A stretch of DNA of 64,000 nucleotides from an uncultured virus (IMG/VR IMGVR_UViG_3300005253_001911) (taxonomy: Duplodnaviria > Heunggongvirae > Uroviricota > Caudoviricetes), in the IMG/VR virus record IMGVR_UViG_3300005253_001911, one strand, 5' to 3'. A program made the translations under genes and the position numbers. This document shows, in pieces, positions 1-8,896 of the stretch; position 1 is the stretch's first letter, and every line of letters starts with the position of its first letter. The notes under the pieces are model-generated. The model saw nothing but the letters and a program-made list of their open reading frames with translations, ran no database searches and was not told the origin of the DNA.

Positions 1-846
1 TTTTTTTTTTTTACTATATTTTTTTCCCTTTCTTAAAAATTTTTTTTTTTTTATTATTACCCAAAAAAAATCATATCCTTCTAAATATTTTATATCTACC
101 CCCGCCGTAATGACTACGGACGCAGCATCTTTTGTCCATGATTCTTCTGCAGCAATTTGTTGTAAATAACCCAATGCAGCACGAGGTACACCATTAGCTT
201 CTTCTGATATATATTGTAATATCTCAATTTTATAATCAAACCCTTCAAATTGACATACCTGTTCTAATAATTTACAAACATCATCATCTTGCAAACGACC
301 AAATTGTGTTATTTTACACCTGTTTCGCGTAACCTCTTTTAGTTTCTGAGGCTCATTAGTACAAAGAATAATATATACATGCTCTGGCGTGTCTTCCAGA
401 AATTTTAGTAAAGCATCTTCTGATCCAGAATTGCCACCAAGTTTATGTGCCTCATCAAATATTGCTACTTTGTATCGTTCTCCACCCATAGGAGCTGATG
501 GTAAATCCTCTAATATCTTTCTCGTAGTAGCAACATCACCAGTCCTTCCAGCGTCACTCTCTATCACTGCAAAACTATTTAAATTCAATATTGCAATACA
601 AGATGCGCACTGACAACAAGGCTCTCCTGATACTCCCTCTATACAGTTTAATCCTAATGCTATAAGCCTTGCAAATGTAGTTTTGCCACATCCTGAAGGT
701 CCAGTAAACAAGAGAGCATGAGGTAATGTATTATTTTCCAACGCTTTATTTATAATTCTTTTTATTGTTTCATTACCAACTACTTCACTAATCTTACAAG
801 GTCGATATATTTTATTAAGATCACCTTTACCTCGTCTGACTATCAT
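1..846 (-). CDS. dnaX: DNA polymerase III gamma/tau-like clamp loader subunit (partial, runs off the left end)
   Basis: Not in the ORF track; translated by hand from ATG at 846: MIVRRGKGDLNKIYRPCKISEVVGNE...LLFTGPSGCGKTTFARLIALGLNC...PCCQCASC...KVAIFDEAHKL...LLKFLEDTP...NRC. Shows Walker A, Zn module, DEAH Walker B and an SRC-like motif. RBS AAAGGAG at 853-859. The last ~90 nt are low complexity. Confidence 0.9.
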   Translation of the reverse strand, partial: MIVRRGKGDLNKIYRPCKISEVVGNETIKRIINKALENNTLPHALLFTGPSGCGKTTFARLIALGLNCIEGVSGEPCCQCASCIAILNLNSFAVIESDAGRTGDVATTRKILEDLPSAPMGGERYKVAIFDEAHKLGGNSGSEDALLKFLEDTPEHVYIILCTNEPQKLKEVTRNRCKITQFGRLQDDDVCKLLEQVCQFEGFDYKIEILQYISEEANGVPRAALGYLQQIAAEESWTKDAASVVITAGVDIKYLEGYDFFWVIIKKKKFLRKGKKYSKKKK

Positions 847-864
847 ACAATTCTCCTTTAAAAA

Positions 865-1081
865 TGGTGGGGAGCCGGTGACCGGTTCATATTAGAATAT
901 TTTCTAACATATTTTTTATCAACAATTTAACAAGTTTATACAACACAACAACGTATAATGTCTGCCACTATTGACACAATCAACAATGATAAGTGGCTGC
1001 CGATCAAGGCCATCTGAGTATTGTCTATTTATCTTTTTCCTCTTAAATGACATTAAAAAGAGTAGTCACCCACATCTCCCC
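865..1081 (-). ncRNA. Putative ~217-nt structured RNA with tRNA-like acceptor stem and encoded 3' ACCA
   Basis: 5' GGGGAG (1081-1076) pairs with CUCCCC-ACCA (874-865), and GGUGACU (1070-1064) pairs with GGUCACC. Internal hairpins at 1040-1062, 964-997, 936-958, 916-933 and 889-910; several need G-U pairs that form only on the minus strand. Confidence 0.65.
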
Positions 1082-1090
1082 GTAAACCAT

Positions 1091-1381
1091 TTATTCCAGT
1101 TCGCCTAAGATACTCTCGTCCTTACTATAATCACCAACTATAGTACTCGCGTTGGTCACCTTAACCGCATCATCAAGGCGTCTAATCTCCAATGCAATGC
1201 GACTAATCATCTTGTCCAAATGCTTCACGTCATAGACAGGAGTCTCAATCACATCGTCCTTAGTCTCTCCCCATCTACGTGTTCTCGTTGAAGAATTATC
1301 ATCCCTTAAACTCACCAACTCTCTATGCCGTTCCTTCAACGTGTTCTTCCAGGACAAACCCTGGCTAATTGTAATTTCCAT
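1091..1381 (-). CDS. Small helical protein resembling the DIP1984-like/DUF6847 family
   Basis: N-terminal ITISQGLSWKNTLKERHREL and C-terminal YDVKHLDKMISRIALEIRRLDDAVKVTNAST fit my recollection of the family pattern (KLAEAL..R..L..R / DV..L......A.E.R.LD..IQ..N..T). Strong RBS AGGAGG. Confidence 0.6.
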   Translation of the reverse strand: MEITISQGLSWKNTLKERHRELVSLRDDNSSTRTRRWGETKDDVIETPVYDVKHLDKMISRIALEIRRLDDAVKVTNASTIVGDYSKDESILGELE

Positions 1382-1412
1382 TCCTTACCTCCTAAAATTT
1401 AGTAACACCTAT

Positions 1413-1441
1413 ATTATAGAATAAAATTCCCTATTTGCTAG
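1413..1441 (-). promoter_or_regulatory. Promoter CTAGCA-N17-TATAAT (copy 1)
   Basis: Minus strand TCTAGCAAATAGGGAATTTTATTCTATAATATAGGTGTT; same motif at 39257-39285 and 62257-62285. Confidence 0.8.
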
Positions 1442-1498
1442 ACCAATTCTTATATTTTTCTGCCTAAAAAATAGACATTTACACTAACAATAGTTAGT

Positions 1499-1972
1499 TT
1501 ATTCACTATGTATTTCTGAATTTTCCAACAAAAATAGAAGCTCACAGATAATTCCCTGACCACCGTTAGCAATGAATGTAGCCCAACATTTATCCTTTAA
1601 ATATTCTCCTACATCATCTGGGCACAATGACTTAGGTATTATCTGACAACACTTTTCATCGTTTACTTTAGCCCCTATATAAACGACCTCATCAGGGGTA
1701 CAATTGTACCTACGCATAATCTCGCCTAATATATCTACTTTTTCTTTTTCACTCTTCGCCCAGTAAAAGGCTATATTTCTGCGCCTACACATATTGTAAT
1801 TAATATGGTTGTCATCAGACATAAAAACGAATTTAAAATTTTGCTTTATTTTATTTATTGCGGCAAAATCCTTGCTCTGGTAGGTCTTATATATTACATG
1901 ACCCATCTCATCTTCTGATCGTTTACCATTTGTTATTACACCATCTATTTCGCTTACAATTAATTTAATCAT
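1499..1972 (-). CDS. KdsC/YrbI-like HAD phosphatase with degenerate catalytic motifs
   Basis: IKLIVSEIDGVITNG (DxDG changed to ExDG); YIGAKVND (GDxxND changed to GAxxND); C-terminal NGGQG. Confidence 0.75.
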   Translation of the reverse strand: MIKLIVSEIDGVITNGKRSEDEMGHVIYKTYQSKDFAAINKIKQNFKFVFMSDDNHINYNMCRRRNIAFYWAKSEKEKVDILGEIMRRYNCTPDEVVYIGAKVNDEKCCQIIPKSLCPDDVGEYLKDKCWATFIANGGQGIICELLFLLENSEIHSE

Positions 1973-2130
1973 TATTTCTTCGACTCCTTCTCTTCACAAC
2001 GAGCATTCTTAAACACCGTTCTGTTTTTCTTGGTACAAAACACAGCCACAAATGTTCTACAAATACCAGCTCCATCCATTGAACCATTAGGCTGTTTGGC
2101 GTATTTACACATCATATCACAAAATTTCAT
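1972..2130 (-). CDS. Small Cys-rich protein, 52 aa
   Basis: Not in track. Hand translation MKFCDMMCKYAKQPNGSMDGAGICRTFVAVFCTKKNRTVFKNARCEEKESKK; fills the gap and overlaps both neighbours. Confidence 0.7.
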   Translation of the reverse strand: MKFCDMMCKYAKQPNGSMDGAGICRTFVAVFCTKKNRTVFKNARCEEKESKK

Positions 2131-3095
2131 TTTATAATTGCCGCCTTTAATTTTTTTGTAGTAATAACAGCAGTTCCTATCTCACCAACAACAACCCCCG
2201 CTGCAATGTTAGCCAATTTAGCCGCATCTTTAGGATCCATTCCAGCAATTATTCCCAAAGTAAAGACACCTATAACTGTATCCCCAGCTCCACTTACATC
2301 AAACGTAGTCTGGGGCACTGTCGGTATATATGTTATATCCCCACCAGCTTCAAATAGAGCCATACCTTTTTCGCTCCTTGTTATTAATACAGATCCACAC
2401 CTTAAATCATGTAATATCTTTTTGCCAGCATACTCTAAGTCTTTTTCATTTTTTATATTAAATCCACAATAATAGCCGGCTTCGTTAGTATTGGGTGTAA
2501 GTATATTTACATATTTATGACGATAAAAATTATCCTTATGAGGATCGGAAGCTATAAATATATTAGATCCATTTACTATCTCCATTAAATCATGCATAAA
2601 TAACGAGGACACAACACCCTTATTATAGTCAGAAACTATAATACCATCAATAGATTTTAGACTATCTTTTACAAAACCCAGAAGCGTTTTTTTATTTTCA
2701 TTACTAATTCTATTAGTGCTCTCCCTATCAAATCTTACTATCTGACTATTGTTACCAACAACCCTGGTCTTTATAGTAGTAGGTCTATTGGGATCAGCTA
2801 CTACCCCATATATCTCCAACCCCAAGTCGCCGAGATAAGATAACAATCTGCCCCCATAGGTATCTGTACCTATTACTCCACACACAATAGGCTTAGCACC
2901 AAGCAAAGCTAAATTATGTGCCACATTAGCAGCCCCTCCTAATGTAACGATCTCATTCTCTACTTCTACTACTGGTACTGGAGCTTCAGGCGATATACGT
3001 GATACATTCCCACATATATATTTATCTAACATTATATCACCTATTACCAATATCCTAGCCTTATTAAACCCATTAATGTAATTATTCATAGTCAT
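2127..3095 (-). CDS. rfaE1: D-glycero-beta-D-manno-heptose-7-phosphate kinase (HldE/RfaE domain I, PfkB fold)
   Basis: ILVIGDIMLDKY..G.VSRISPEAPVPV, GGAANVA, SDYNKG, TPN, DVSGAGDTV. Confidence 0.92.
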   Translation of the reverse strand: MTMNNYINGFNKARILVIGDIMLDKYICGNVSRISPEAPVPVVEVENEIVTLGGAANVAHNLALLGAKPIVCGVIGTDTYGGRLLSYLGDLGLEIYGVVADPNRPTTIKTRVVGNNSQIVRFDRESTNRISNENKKTLLGFVKDSLKSIDGIIVSDYNKGVVSSLFMHDLMEIVNGSNIFIASDPHKDNFYRHKYVNILTPNTNEAGYYCGFNIKNEKDLEYAGKKILHDLRCGSVLITRSEKGMALFEAGGDITYIPTVPQTTFDVSGAGDTVIGVFTLGIIAGMDPKDAAKLANIAAGVVVGEIGTAVITTKKLKAAIIK

Positions 3096-3942
3096 TTTCT
3101 GAAGTAGCTCCTTTAATATCTAACCAATCTTTAGTTTTTCTTACCCGCGAATTTACTTTTTCAGCAGCTCTACATGTATCTAATTCTAAATTATTTTCTT
3201 CAGCCCATTTAATAAATGCTTGCACATCTTTTGGAAAACACTTCCCTCCATAACCTCTTTGTCCATCATGCCCTGGTATATCAGTATGGCTATTACCTAT
3301 TCTACAATCGGCTAACCACATATCTCTCAGATCTTCGTATGGCACACCAATATTTTCAGCTATATCATACATCTCATTAAGAAATGCAATCTTAACTGCG
3401 AAAAACGCATTAGACATATACTTAACAACTTCTGCAGCTTCCCGTGTAGTGTGGTATATGGGCGTATGTTTAAATCTTACTCTAAATACTTTTTCAACTT
3501 TCTCAGTAATCTTTTTCTTACCGCCCAAAATGATCCTGGCTGAATTAATAAAATCTAATTTTGCTTGGCGCTCAGTAAGGAACTCCGGACAGAACACAAA
3601 GTCATGTCCTGGGTATTTATTTGCGCAATTCCTTGTAGTTCCAGGTATAATAGTACTCCTTAAAATAATAATTTTTCTTTTCTTAGCAACCTTGACCACA
3701 CTTTCTACTGCATCATATATACTAGATAGATCCTGTTCTCCACTATCTTTCATAGGAGTAGGCACTCCTATAAATACAAAGTCAGATGAATTAACCGTGT
3801 CATCTAACGAGTCATAGATGTTATCGTACTTGTCATAAATTTTTATATCTGCATGTAGAACAAACCCATGCAGCAATGCACTGCCTAAAAACCCAAACCC
3901 TATTATTCCAATTTTTGGTTTATCAATAATCTGGTTCTTCAT
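3082..3942 (-). CDS. UDP-glucose/GDP-mannose dehydrogenase family (short form)
   Basis: IGFGFLG, VPTP, RSTIIPGT, PEFL, AEVVKYMSNAF, GYGGKCFPKD. Start moved to MKNQ. Confidence 0.88.
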   Translation of the reverse strand: MKNQIIDKPKIGIIGFGFLGSALLHGFVLHADIKIYDKYDNIYDSLDDTVNSSDFVFIGVPTPMKDSGEQDLSSIYDAVESVVKVAKKRKIIILRSTIIPGTTRNCANKYPGHDFVFCPEFLTERQAKLDFINSARIILGGKKKITEKVEKVFRVRFKHTPIYHTTREAAEVVKYMSNAFFAVKIAFLNEMYDIAENIGVPYEDLRDMWLADCRIGNSHTDIPGHDGQRGYGGKCFPKDVQAFIKWAEENNLELDTCRAAEKVNSRVRKTKDWLDIKGATSENDYE

Positions 3943-4258
3943 ACTCTGTTCCCTCCCATAATTCGCCAAATGGCATACATATTTCTATACATTCATCAAA
4001 TATTTCTTGAGCTAAAGCTCTCCAATCCCTTCTTGGACTAACACAAGCTACTATAGCCACTTTTCCCTGGTCTTCCATAAGTTTAGCTATCTTAGCTATT
4101 TTCCATATGTTCTCCAACCGTTCTTCATCAGTATATCCTGTGGGAAAATATTTTCTAACTTCATCCCCGTCTACAACTACACCATTAGTTTGTTTAGCAA
4201 TCCTATATGCAAGTGTTGTTTTTCCCGAATTTTTTCTGCCTGTTATCCAATATACCAT
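3923..4258 (-). CDS. cysC: Adenylylsulfate (APS) kinase-like, minimal 111 aa
   Basis: VYWITGRKNSGKTTLA, VDGDEVR, GYTDEERLENI, VSP, YEEP. Confidence 0.8.
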   Translation of the reverse strand: MVYWITGRKNSGKTTLAYRIAKQTNGVVVDGDEVRKYFPTGYTDEERLENIWKIAKIAKLMEDQGKVAIVACVSPRRDWRALAQEIFDECIEICMPFGELWEGTEYEEPDY

Positions 4259-5161
4259 CTATTTTAATCCCATTTCTTTTTTATATTCTTTAATCCATTC
4301 TGTTAGTTTAATTGTAGGTTCCCATCCTAATAATTTTTTAGCTAATCGTATATCAGCCAGCGTTTCTTTTGGTTCTATTCTTGCTGGTACATTAACAGTA
4401 GGACCTCCTATCATATTAGCTAATGCATTGACACTATAATTAAATCCTTTTCCTATGTTTATAACTTCCCCATGGCCAACTTTGTCACTTTTCGCGGCTA
4501 ATATATTAGCTCTAACCACATCAACAACGGAGGTAAAATCTCTTCGCTGTTCGCCATCACCAATTATAGTCATAGGATCTCCTTTAAGTCTCTGCTGAAC
4601 AAATATACCCATGACTAAGCAGTAGGCGCCTTCCAAAGCCTGACGATTACCATATACATTGAAGTATCTTAGCGACACTGTTGGCAATCCATATATATCC
4701 GTGAATAATTTACAATACAACTCACCTACATATTTCTGCAATCCGTAAGGGCTCAGTGGATTAGCCGGCATGGTTTCTTTCAACGGCATAACTGACTGAT
4801 CCCCGTAAGCAGACGATGATGCACTATAAATAACCTTATCTACTTTATATTCCTGCGCTGCTTTCAAAACATGCAGCGTACCGTTTAAATTTATATAATT
4901 TGCCAATATAGGATCTTCTATTGATGGTTGAACTCTAGGAAATGCTGCAAGATGAAACACACAATTTATACCACTAAACTCTGGCCTAATATCACTAAAA
5001 TCTCTTATGTCCACCTCACAAAATTCAGCCTTTGGATTTATATTTTCTTCCTTTCCAGTTGACAAATTGTCTATTACTCTAACTTTATGTCCATCATCTA
5101 TTAAAGCATCCACTAAATTTGACCCAATAAATCCTGCACCGCCTGTTACTAAACATCTCAT
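4259..5161 (-). CDS. NAD-dependent nucleotide-sugar epimerase/dehydratase (extended SDR)
   Basis: TGGAGFIGS, SSSAYG, PYGLQK (YxxxK), LRYFNVYG, GDGEQRRDF. Confidence 0.92.
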   Translation of the reverse strand: MRCLVTGGAGFIGSNLVDALIDDGHKVRVIDNLSTGKEENINPKAEFCEVDIRDFSDIRPEFSGINCVFHLAAFPRVQPSIEDPILANYINLNGTLHVLKAAQEYKVDKVIYSASSSAYGDQSVMPLKETMPANPLSPYGLQKYVGELYCKLFTDIYGLPTVSLRYFNVYGNRQALEGAYCLVMGIFVQQRLKGDPMTIIGDGEQRRDFTSVVDVVRANILAAKSDKVGHGEVINIGKGFNYSVNALANMIGGPTVNVPARIEPKETLADIRLAKKLLGWEPTIKLTEWIKEYKKEMGLK

Positions 5162-5172
5162 AATATTCTCCT

Positions 5173-5970
5173 TTATCCTCTAGGCACTCCCCAAAAATGA
5201 CATCCATTACATAAAGGCACAACACATCTATCTCCTGCAATATGATGGTTTAGACGTCTTTTTCTTTTATCACCGTTCCATATATCTATCAACTTTATTT
5301 TATTAACATTACCAATAACTCCTAATCGTTTTGGATCAAACCTTACACACATAGAAACCTCACCAAGACGATTAATAGCCATATGCCCTAATATTTCCCA
5401 ACATATGCCTATCTCTGGTATAACTGGTTCTTTCTTATAGTTAAAACTACCCATAGGATCATGTAAAACTCTCTTGACTATCAATCCGGGTAATTCTTTC
5501 CACCTATCTATATTAACATCGCCTAAACATCTATAAATCATAGACGGCTTTCTATTACCCTTCAGCCTCAAAAATTCCTTGACTAATTTGTATTGCTCTT
5601 CGCCTTCCGTATCATTTTCTATCACGGATATAGTTAGTGTCTCCATATTAGCTATAATTTCATTTGCCTTCTCCACTAATAATTTACCATTAGTGTCCAT
5701 GCATCTTATCTGCCTATTAAATAACTTCATGGCTTCGCCAAATCTGGGATATACTAGAGGCTCTCCATTATTATGCATCTGTACTACTATGTTATCGGGC
5801 AATTGTTTAGCTATTTTCTTAACTAATTTGAAATCCATGTGTCCATAGTTCATAGCTATTTCTGGATAATCTCTATCTATTTTTCTCCGCCCGCACATCC
5901 AACAATTCTTATTACACATATTTGTTAGTTCAATATTTACTGTGGTCAGCCCATTAAAATACTTTTTCAT
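5173..5970 (-). CDS. Radical SAM protein with SPASM/twitch domain
   Basis: IELTNMCNKNCWMC, GEP, DTNG; C-terminal C...GEVSMC...GNV...IWNG...CNGC. Confidence 0.9.
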   Translation of the reverse strand: MKKYFNGLTTVNIELTNMCNKNCWMCGRRKIDRDYPEIAMNYGHMDFKLVKKIAKQLPDNIVVQMHNNGEPLVYPRFGEAMKLFNRQIRCMDTNGKLLVEKANEIIANMETLTISVIENDTEGEEQYKLVKEFLRLKGNRKPSMIYRCLGDVNIDRWKELPGLIVKRVLHDPMGSFNYKKEPVIPEIGICWEILGHMAINRLGEVSMCVRFDPKRLGVIGNVNKIKLIDIWNGDKRKRRLNHHIAGDRCVVPLCNGCHFWGVPRG

Positions 5971-6758
5971 CTTATAGTCCATCCCCCATCAATCACTACT
6001 GATTGTCCTGTCATATAACTTGAAGCATCAGACGCTAAGAATATAAGAGCTCCGTGTAAATCCTCTAACCTACCAGTTCTACCAAGAACAGTTCTGTCTC
6101 TAAGTCTCTGTAAAAACTCCTCATCATTAGGGCTATTGTACGAATCTGTACTAGTATTAGGAAATGATCCAGGAACAATAGCATTACATCGTATACCATA
6201 CTCACCGTAAAATGATGCAGTATACCTCGTCAAAGCCAGTATAGCCGCCTTAGCAGCACCATAACTTGGAGGATTAAAAGCATCTTTACCCTCATACAGA
6301 CTTGGATCAGGTGCAACTAAAGCATACATTGAGCTAATGTTTATTATTGATCCAGATTTCTTCTGCTTCATTTTTTCACCCAGCACTTGTGTAGCCAAGG
6401 CATGCCAATACACACCAGACTCAAAGCTTTTATTCCACTGTTCCTTAGACATATTCTCCAATTTACCAGATTGATCATTAAACCCAGTATTTTTGCTAAA
6501 TTCATAAGCGTTATTGATAAGTACATCTACATCATTTATAGATTCAAGGCATTCTTTATAATCCTCTGTGTCATAAAAATCAACGGATAAGTAATCAACA
6601 CCGATCTCTTCAGCCAGTCTTTTAATTTTTGATCCTCGGCCCAATAATACAACATGTGCTCCAGCATCGGCTAAACATTTTGAAAACGATCGTCCAAAAT
6701 ACCCAGCAGCTCCGGTTAGAACAACTGTTTTATCATGTAAAGAAAATAGTGATTCCAC
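5967..6758 (-). CDS. Classical SDR oxidoreductase
   Basis: TGAAGYFG, INNA, SMY, YGAAK, SYMTGQSVVIDGG. Confidence 0.9.
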   Translation of the reverse strand: MESLFSLHDKTVVLTGAAGYFGRSFSKCLADAGAHVVLLGRGSKIKRLAEEIGVDYLSVDFYDTEDYKECLESINDVDVLINNAYEFSKNTGFNDQSGKLENMSKEQWNKSFESGVYWHALATQVLGEKMKQKKSGSIINISSMYALVAPDPSLYEGKDAFNPPSYGAAKAAILALTRYTASFYGEYGIRCNAIVPGSFPNTSTDSYNSPNDEEFLQRLRDRTVLGRTGRLEDLHGALIFLASDASSYMTGQSVVIDGGWTIR

Positions 6759-6766
6759 ACATCCTC

Positions 6767-7336
6767 CTATTTCGTTACCTCAATATACAAAGACCATCCA
6801 GCATATCGTTCATAATCTTTGCCTTTAAATATCTTTGAACACTTGTTATACTCCATACTTATAACATCTTTGAATTCTGTTCTAGCAATAAAAGCCCTCA
6901 TCAATTCCTCATCAAAACCTAGTTTATGCCCAGTTCCAAGTCCTCTTTTGTTAGTATGGAACCAAGCGGTTAAGTATCCCATAGGAGTTGCCGGCATAAA
7001 CAGTGGTTTGGCGCAATATTTCTTGTGAGAAAGTTCTTTGGGGTTATTTATATATTGCTTTATAGCATAAGCACTATCAGGTACTACTATTCTACACTTA
7101 CCTCCAGGTTTTAAAATCCTGTAAAACTCTTGTAACACAAATGTAATCTGCACCGGTTCCACATGTTCCAATGTATCTGATGTATAAATATTATCCACAG
7201 AGTTATCTTTAAACGGTAGCGGTTCTTCTTCATTTAAATTATGGATATAATCTGAAGTAGTACTAATATCCACAGTCTTCCATCTGCCGGCCATATCTCT
7301 TCTATGTTTCTGCCCCCCTACATCTATGTTTAACAT
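6767..7336 (-). CDS. Class I SAM-dependent methyltransferase
   Basis: LNIDVGG, LPFKDNSVDNIY..DTLEH, RILKPGG...VVPD. Confidence 0.8.
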   Translation of the reverse strand: MLNIDVGGQKHRRDMAGRWKTVDISTTSDYIHNLNEEEPLPFKDNSVDNIYTSDTLEHVEPVQITFVLQEFYRILKPGGKCRIVVPDSAYAIKQYINNPKELSHKKYCAKPLFMPATPMGYLTAWFHTNKRGLGTGHKLGFDEELMRAFIARTEFKDVISMEYNKCSKIFKGKDYERYAGWSLYIEVTK

Positions 7337-7337
7337 T

Positions 7338-8216
7338 CTAACCCCTCTCAATCATAACATACCGTGCAATTTTAGGTGAGTATTTATTTTTACCAGGCAT
7401 CCATTGCTTATTTTCACGGCAACACGCTATTAGCATATGCTCTTCAGAAAAATTATCATACAATCCCCTGTTTGATTTAAATGATTTTATAGGCTCATAT
7501 CCCCACTTCTTAAATAAATCAGGAACTATCACACCTGCAGAAATTACATATTTAACTTTAAAGCCACATTTCAAAAATTTTTTCATCCAATGTTCTAAAC
7601 TATGGCTTTCATTGTAATGGATTGGGTGTAATTCCATAATTATTTTACATGGAAAATCTTTAGTGGATACAAGCTCATACATGCCTTCCATGACTTCAAC
7701 TTCGTGGCCCTCTATGTCCATTTTTATTAGTTCTGGAATATCCTTATCCTTACAAAAATTTGTCAGCGTATCTACTTTTACTTTTAGAGCAGCACCTTTA
7801 GTATTTTTAGTTTTAGCCATGCCACCAAGATTCGAAGACTTTCCTACGTAAAAATCCATTTTTCCACTTTTATTAGACGCGCCCATATTAAATACTTGTA
7901 CTCTATCACTATAATTATTAAGTTTCATATTAGCATTTAGTAATTCAATGTTTGCCGGGTCAGGTTCTATTGCGTATATTTTACCAGTTGGCCCAATTTT
8001 ATCCGCCATTAGTAAAGTAACATATCCAATATTAGCACCTAGATCCATACAAACCATGCTCTCAGTAAGCTCCTCTTCCAATGTCTTTATAAGTTCAGGC
8101 TCTCTCGGCCCGCTGCTCTTTATAGATATCGTATTCAAATTGGCATGAATTCCTCCCTCGCCAGGCCTAAGCCTCATTTTATATTTACCGACTTGTCGCT
8201 CTACATAATTAGACAT
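7338..8216 (-). CDS. FkbM-family methyltransferase
   Basis: DLGANIGY, AIEPDP.N, LIKMDIEGHE. Confidence 0.9.
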   Translation of the reverse strand: MSNYVERQVGKYKMRLRPGEGGIHANLNTISIKSSGPREPELIKTLEEELTESMVCMDLGANIGYVTLLMADKIGPTGKIYAIEPDPANIELLNANMKLNNYSDRVQVFNMGASNKSGKMDFYVGKSSNLGGMAKTKNTKGAALKVKVDTLTNFCKDKDIPELIKMDIEGHEVEVMEGMYELVSTKDFPCKIIMELHPIHYNESHSLEHWMKKFLKCGFKVKYVISAGVIVPDLFKKWGYEPIKSFKSNRGLYDNFSEEHMLIACCRENKQWMPGKNKYSPKIARYVMIERG

Positions 8217-8895
8217 TTTTATACCTCCAATTTAATATAAATTCACATAATTCTAAATCCCCTATAGTATCTATTTGAAACGAATTTTCCTGGCCCATTT
8301 CATATATTACAATATTACCTCCAAGCCTATTATTTAATACATTCACAACCCAAGGCTTAAATATATACATAGATCCATTTTCCATATATTGCACTGGAAA
8401 ATCCTGCTCTCTCCATCGATTTTTATAATCATAGTTTATAGGCATTATATTTTTATCTGCCAACGTCCATATATATTTATTAAACCTACAGGCTGAAAAC
8501 AACGAGTCAGCCTCCTGCTTTATAAAGATATTTATAGCATTATCAATATCATCGTCTTCTCTTATAGGTGATGTACATTGAAGAAAAACCACTATATCGG
8601 GAATATAACTATCTACCTCTTTCAAATGCTTAAGCACATGTATTATAACGGACTCCGACGAAGCTTTATCACCGCTAATTTCTTTTGGACGACATACTAC
8701 TTCTGCACCATATTCCTTAGAAATCTTTGAGATGTCATCACCATCAGTAGAAACAACTACACGATTAACCATCCGTGATCGACTAGCATGTAGAAGTGTA
8801 TGAGCTATAAGAGGTTTTCCACACAATAAACGAGTATTTTTTCGTGTAAGACGCTTTGAACCTCGCCTCGCAGGTATAACTGCTAGTATATTCAT
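8209..8895 (-). CDS. neuA: CMP-nonulosonate synthetase (acylneuraminate cytidylyltransferase)
   Basis: IPARRGSKRL.RKN, VSTD, LQCTSPIR, ENGSMY, QIDT..D. Confidence 0.92.
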   Translation of the reverse strand: MNILAVIPARRGSKRLTRKNTRLLCGKPLIAHTLLHASRSRMVNRVVVSTDGDDISKISKEYGAEVVCRPKEISGDKASSESVIIHVLKHLKEVDSYIPDIVVFLQCTSPIREDDDIDNAINIFIKQEADSLFSACRFNKYIWTLADKNIMPINYDYKNRWREQDFPVQYMENGSMYIFKPWVVNVLNNRLGGNIVIYEMGQENSFQIDTIGDLELCEFILNWRYKNV

Positions 8896-8896
8896 A

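Noticed and set aside
1..90. Poly-T/poly-A low-complexity end giving DnaX a Lys-rich tail
   Set aside because: Homopolymer runs at the sequence edge with abrupt loss of DnaX-like character; most likely a read-end or assembly artefact.
860..885. Intrinsic terminator reading of CCGGTGACCGG plus the U-tract
   Set aside because: The inverted repeat has only a 1-nt loop and is separated from the U5 run by 10 nt; long-range pairing with 1064-1081 explains the sequence better.
865..1081. Interpretation as tRNA or tmRNA
   Set aside because: It has GGGG...CCCCACCA ends but no UUCRA T-loop, no G3-U70 pair, no cloverleaf and no evident tag ORF; it is also short for tmRNA. Kept as an unknown ncRNA.
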